NCBI GenBank assembly: GCA_043228905.1
Contig: JBHGNT010000001.1
Location: 21,886,001 to 21,950,000 of the forward strand
Reading direction: 5' to 3'
Length of the DNA: 64,000 bases
From: Azolla caroliniana
Lineage: Eukaryota > Plantae > Polypodiophyta
Shown piece after piece: positions 58,564 to 64,000 of the stretch (position 1 is its first letter; the number at the start of each line of letters is the position of its first letter). The translations under genes were made by a program, and so were the position numbers. The notes below the pieces were generated by a model. It saw nothing but the letters and a program-made list of their open reading frames with translations, ran no database searches and had not been told where the DNA came from.

Positions 58564-61500
58564 TGTCGGGAACTGTACGCTCCTTATACGCAACGCTCGG
58601 CCACAACCGAGCTTAGAATCATACACAGAGAACGGGAAATAAAGAACGACACAATGGAAGAGAAGAGTACGCAGGATGTTTAACGTGGAAAACCCCAAAC
58701 TAGGGGAAAAAAAAACCACGGTAGGCAACAGGCTGCAAACTATCACTAGGTTAGTATGTATAGTAGTGAGTTCATGGAGGCAACGACCTCGTGCTCACGA
58801 TCTTCACCACAGGCGGCGGTTACAACAGAGGCAACGACCTCTTTCTCTCTCTGTCTCTCTCTCTGTACACTATTACGCGCTCTAATCTCGTGCAAAACAA
58901 GAATGACAACAACTAATAAAAGTTTGCCCTAAGTCATATTTATACTAATATGATTTTTCGGCTATTTACACATATAGCCATGATGGACTCTCAGAAACAT
59001 ATTTATGAATATGTCTCTTCATCTGGTTCCCACCGGGCCTGCACCATCCAGCTCTCCGTAGCCGGGTACTCCTCATCCGGTTCTCACCAGGCCTGCACCA
59101 TCCGGCTCTCCGTAGCCGAGTACTCCTCATCCGGTCCTCGCCGGGTCTGCACCATCCGGCTCTCCGAAGCCGGGTACTCCTCATCCAGTCCTCGCCGGGT
59201 CTGCACCATCCGGCTCTCCGAAGCCGGGTACTCCTCATCCGGTTTCGGCCTCGGCCGAGTTTGTTCATCAACACTGTTCTTCTCCGCTTGCCACTATACT
59301 CAGCACCGTCTGGATGGAGATCATCTTTACTACCGGGGCAAATATCTCGTCGAAGTCCACGCCCTTCTTCTGCTGGAACCCCTTCACCACGATCCTGGCT
59401 CTGTATCTCGGGGGGTTGCCGGCATCTCTCGGTTTCAACCTGTACACCCACTTGTTTCGGAGTGCCCGCTTTCCTTTCGGCAACTCCATCAATTCGTACG
59501 TATGGTTCTCATGCAAGGAATCCATCTCATCCTGCATGGCACTTAACCATTTTCGGCTGTGGGTGTCTTCCTTCGCTTCTTCGAAGCTTTCTGGCTCCCC
59601 CTCATCGGTCAGCAGAACATGCTCTGCATCCGGAAATCTCCGGGGGGCCCTTCTCTCTCTGAGAGGATATCTTCGTCTCTGGGCTTCGGTGACCGGCTCA
59701 TCCATCTTCTCTTCATCCGAATCCGATTCGGGGTCTTGGCCGGTTCCGGTTTCAGCTTCCTCTACTTCTTCTTCAGCCCGTTCGGTATCCTCACTGTAAC
59801 CGTTTGGTCCCTCGAGTGCTAGCCGGTCTCTTTCCGGTTGGGTCTGCTCATCGTAGAGTCGATCCTTACCGGTTGACTCGGAGTTCATTATCTTCTTCTC
59901 CGACTCCCAGTCGGTGAGCGTCTTGTTCTCCATGAAGATAATATCTCGACTCCGGAATACCTTCTTGTCGACCAGGTCCCACACTCGGTAGCCGAACTCA
60001 TCGTCACCGTAACCGAGGAATATACATGGCCGGGTCTTTGGATCTAACTTTCCTCTCCGGTCCTTAGCTACATGCACGTACGCGAGACACCCGAACACCT
60101 TCAGATGCCGGTAGGATACTTCCTTACCGGTCCACACTCTTTGTGGCGTGTCTCCGTCCAAGGGTACTGAGGGTGATCTATTTATCACATATGTCGCCAT
60201 CGACAGTGCCTCAACTCAAAACTTCTTGGGTAGTTTTGCATGCGCTAGCATACTCCGGACCCTCTCCATTATGGTCTGGTTCATCCTCTCGGCCAGCCCG
60301 TTTAGTTCCGGCGTCTTCGGCACGGTAAATTCGAGCCGGATTCCCTTTGAGCGGCAATACTCCTCGAACTGCCCCCGGTATTCTCCTCTTTCAGCTTCCG
60401 GCCGGTTTCTCTTTTCACTCTCGCGTGGAGCTCTTTGAAGACGGATAGCACCTGATCCTTCGTCTTCAACTGTGTGGCCCACAGCTTCCGGCTGTGGTCA
60501 TCTATGAACGTCACGAAGTACTGCGCTCCGGCATGTGACTTCGTGTCTACTTGACACACATCCGTATGCACCAACTCCAGTGGTGCATTACGTCTCATCG
60601 GTGGCCTTGGTCGGAAGGAGGTCTGGTTTTGCTTACCGGCCAGACAATCAGTGCACTTCTCCAAGTGCACGTTCTTCACTGGAATGAGGTTGTCGTCTGC
60701 AAGCCTCTTCCTCCCCTTCTCGCTCATATGACACAGCCTCTTGTGCCACAACTCACCGGCAGTGTCGGATGCCACGTTCACTTCTTCCAGGCATAACCGG
60801 GCATTCATCAGGGACAGTGTGTTTACCTTCCGGGCCCGAGCCACAATCAGGCTCCCTTTGCTGAACTTCATGACACCGTTCCGGATGCTACCCGTGTAGC
60901 CCTCATCATCTAGCCGACCGGCTGATATCAGGTTCAGTCGAACCTCCGGAACGTGTCGGACATCCCTCAACAGCAACTTGCATCCGGTTGGTGTCGACAA
61001 CCACACGTCTCCTATGCCGACAATTCGGCATGTACCTTCATTCCCCATCCGGACACAGCCGTGATCACCGGCTGAGTAGGATGAGAAGCATTTCCGGTCC
61101 GGGGTAAGGTGGAACGACGCTCCGGAGTCTACCACCCAGGTCATCTCGTCGCCGACAAGGTTTATCTCACTCTCCTCAGTGATGAGCATCAACTCCTCTT
61201 CACTTGCCGCGATTGCCGTCGTTCCATTCCGGTCCGGTCCCCTACGGTCTTTACCGTTCCGGTCCGGTGTCCGCTTCGTATCGGTGCCATCGGTTTCCTT
61301 GTCTTTACGGAAGTGTCGACAGTTCTTCTGGAAATGTCCCGGCTTGCCGCAATAGAAGCAAGTAGGCTTCCCCCTTGACTTTGATCGTGTCCCCGACTTC
61401 TCCCGGTTCTGGGGACTACGGTTTCTATGTCTTCCGCGTTCCGATTCGGTAAGGAGCGCGTTGGAGTCGGAGCTCGTATCTTTATCTTTCCAACGCACCT

Positions 61501-62781
61501 CCTCATCTAGCAGGCTTGACTTCACTCTTGCTAGGGATAACCGTTTTCCTTCTGGCCCGGCGTTGCCCAAAGTGACAACCAACGTCTCCCAGCTATCCGG
61601 GAGGGAACCGAGCAGGAGTAGCGCTAGTACCTCATCGCCGAGAGGTACTTCTAATGAAGTTGCCTGGTGGATCAGCCCCTGGAAGGCATTCATGTGCTCC
61701 ACCATGCTGGAGCCATCTTGGTACCGGAGTCTTACTAGCTTCCGGAATACCAAAACCTGATTAACAACATTTTTGTTCTGAAACATTATGCCGATCTTCT
61801 CCCAGAGCTCATGAGCCTTGCTCTCTTCATTGAAGTTGTTGTACACGCTCATGTCGATGAAGCACCGTATGTACGCCGTTGTCTTCATGTGCATCACCTC
61901 CCATATCGCGGTGTCGATTTTGTCCAGTCTCTTGTCCCCGAACTAAACCGGAAGCCAGAGGTCTTTAACCACGAGCATGTCCCTCATCTTCGACTTCCAC
62001 ACTAAATAGTTAGAGCCGGTGAGCTTGAACATGCCGCCAAACGATTCGTCCATTTTCTGTGTCGTTTCGCTCTGATACCACTTGTCGGGAACTATACGCT
62101 CCTTATACGCAACGCTCGGCCACAACCGAGCTTAGAATCATACACACAGAACGGGAAATAAAGAACAACACAATGGAAGAGAAGAGTACGCAGGATGTTT
62201 AATGTGGAAAACCCCAAACTAGGGGAAAAAAAAACCACGGTAGGCAATAGGCTGCAAACTATCACTAGGTTAGTATGTACAACAGTGAGTTCACAGAGGC
62301 AACGACCTCGTGCTCACGATCTTCGCCACAGGCGGCGTTACAACAGAGGCAACGACCTCTTTCTCTCTCTGTCTCTCTCTCTGTACACTATTACGTGCTC
62401 TAATCTCGTGCAAAACAAGAATGACAACAACTACTAAAAGTTTGCCCTAAGTCATATTTATACTAATATGACTTTTCGGCTATTTACAAATATAGCCATG
62501 ATGGACTCTCAAAAAACATATTTACGAATATGTCTCTTCATCTGGTTCTCACCGGGCCTGCACCATCCGGCTCTCCGTAGCCGGGTACTCCTCATCCGGT
62601 CCTCGCCGGGTCTGCACCATCCGGCTCTCCAAAGCCGGGTACTCCTCATCCGGTCCTCGTCGGGTCTGCACCATCCGGCTCTCCGAAGCCGGCTACTCCT
62701 CATCCGGTTTCGGCCTCGACCGAGTTTGTTCATCAGCACTGTTCTTCTCCCTTCCCATCCGGAGGGACCTGTCTCCCAACA
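58564..62781 (-). mobile_element. Tork-like Copia, internally deleted (most of RT, RH and PPT missing), nested in the Copia
   Basis: 5' LTR 62083-62781, 3' LTR remnant 58564-59285, PBS 62069-62080, imperfect TSD ctgcg/ctgca, gag-PR-INT-RT start 59286-62053. Confidence 0.93.
59030..59245. repeat. 54-bp tandem array in LTR (4 units here; 3 units at ~62550-62710)
   Basis: gcaccatccggctctccg.agccgggtactcctcatccgg repeated with period 54. Confidence 0.92.
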
Positions 62782-64000
62782 CTGCACGGGGAATGCACGG
62801 CCGAGTCTCCACTACTCGCCGGCTCTTCATCGTACTGGTCGAACCGACTCAGTCGTCCATTCGGTCCGCTTAACCGAAATGAAATCAGACTCTCTCCGCG
62901 GGTCCTGATTTCAGGCTCATCCGGAGGCATCTCAACATCGCTGACCTCATCACCAGAACTCGGATTGGAGGTGAGGTCCAGAGTCAGAGGCAAGTACCAA
63001 GACGCGGACTCGTCAAACACAACGTCGCGGCTCACGCGCACTTGTTTGGTGCGCGGGTTATAACACTTATAACCCTTCTCCTCATCTGAGTAACCGACCA
63101 AGATACATTTCTCGGCCTTTGCATCCAGCTTCCTCCATTTCTCCTTCTGCACATGCACATACGCAATGCTACTGAAAACTCGTAATTGTCGCAAGTTCAG
63201 CTTCGTTCCAAAATATAGGTCCTGCGCCGACACTTTGTCTCCGATCCGGTTCTGGATGTATACCGTAGTTCGTACCGCCTCGGCCCAATAGAACTTGGGC
63301 ATGCTCTTTTCTTCAAGCATTGCCTGCGCCGCTTTCACAACCAACCGATTTTTCCTCTCTGCCACGCCGTTCTGCTCCGGCGTGTATCTACAACTGAATT
63401 CACGCCGAATTCCCATCTGTTGTAGATAACCGTTGAATTGACTGGAAAAGTATTCTTTTCCGCCATTCCACCGCAGGCACTTGATCTTCCTTCTTGTTTC
63501 CATTTCCACAAACCCTTTGAGTCCCGGAAATAGTCGAAAACTTTGCTCTTCCTCTCAATGAGGTAGATCCACGTGTGTCGCGTGTAGTCATTGATGAAGG
63601 AGACGAAATATTGGCTCCCGCCAAGACTAACGTTTTGTTCCGGCCCCCACACATCGGAGTGTATCAAGTTGAGCTTGTTCCGGGTCTGGTTACACTCGTA
63701 GGGGAAGGGAAGTCGGTGTTGCTTCCCAAGCTGGCAAGCTTCACAAATTTGTGCCTTCTGGCCACTAAATTTGGGCAATCCGAACACCACTTGTTTCGAT
63801 TGTAGGTAGTTGACGTGGGCTATCTGCTTCTGCCATAAGTCGATGTCCGACTCGACTTTTTATCCCTTCGTGAACATTGCGGTGCCACCGTTAGTAGAGT
63901 TGAGGATGAACATCCTCCCATCTCTGCGCCCTTGCGCAATAACACGGCTTTCTTCCTCAATGAAGCACCCGAGGTGTGTAAACCGGACCTCCATCCCTTG

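Larger units (their letters stand above)
55818..64000 (-). mobile_element. Degenerate Copia (same family as 12263-18209) inserted in the gag of the previous copy; continues beyond window
   Basis: 3' LTR 55818-56224; RH, RT and extension 56225-58563; INT 62782-64000 (IHSDVWGP, NGGKEY, KLDAKAEKCILVGY). Confidence 0.92.

Noticed and set aside
59030-59245. CRISPR-like periodicity
   Set aside because: Contiguous tandem units without unique spacers; eukaryotic LTR context; no cas genes.
58950-59546. Repeat proteins (MRSTRLRRAGWCRP / CTIRLSEAGYSSS)
   Set aside because: Translations of the stop-free 54-bp LTR array, open on both strands.

Overview
Transposon-dense plant nuclear DNA; the PPR style and Tcn1-type chromoviruses suggest a fern or other seed-free plant (inference). 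One host gene is present: a PLS-class PPR RNA-editing-type gene (19723-22305) followed by a decayed DYW deaminase domain. Around it are nested elements whose ends can mostly be resolved by target-site duplications (TSDs): a full-length non-chromovirus Gypsy with a long extra 3' ORF and no obvious PPT (1701-11692), a full-length Copia inside a hAT-type non-autonomous element (12193-18736), an L1-like LINE (23871-29917), a pol-less element with a gag-like plus repeat ORF interrupted by a Tcn1-like chromovirus (30603-40080), a Tat-type Gypsy with an additional RNase H (42447-47898), two more Tcn1-like elements, and nested Copia copies to the window end. Most notable observations: (i) tRNA-independent self-priming geometry in the Tcn1-like elements, with one copy whose 5' LTR is inverted exactly at the self-primer/PBS pair; (ii) a tRNA-like A/B-box segment inside both LTRs of that copy; (iii) a Copia family with a duplicated PPT enclosing a translated C-terminal extension; (iv) two ~1000-codon uncharacterised ORFs reconstructable across stops or insertions. 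All alignments were done by eye; no database searches were run.
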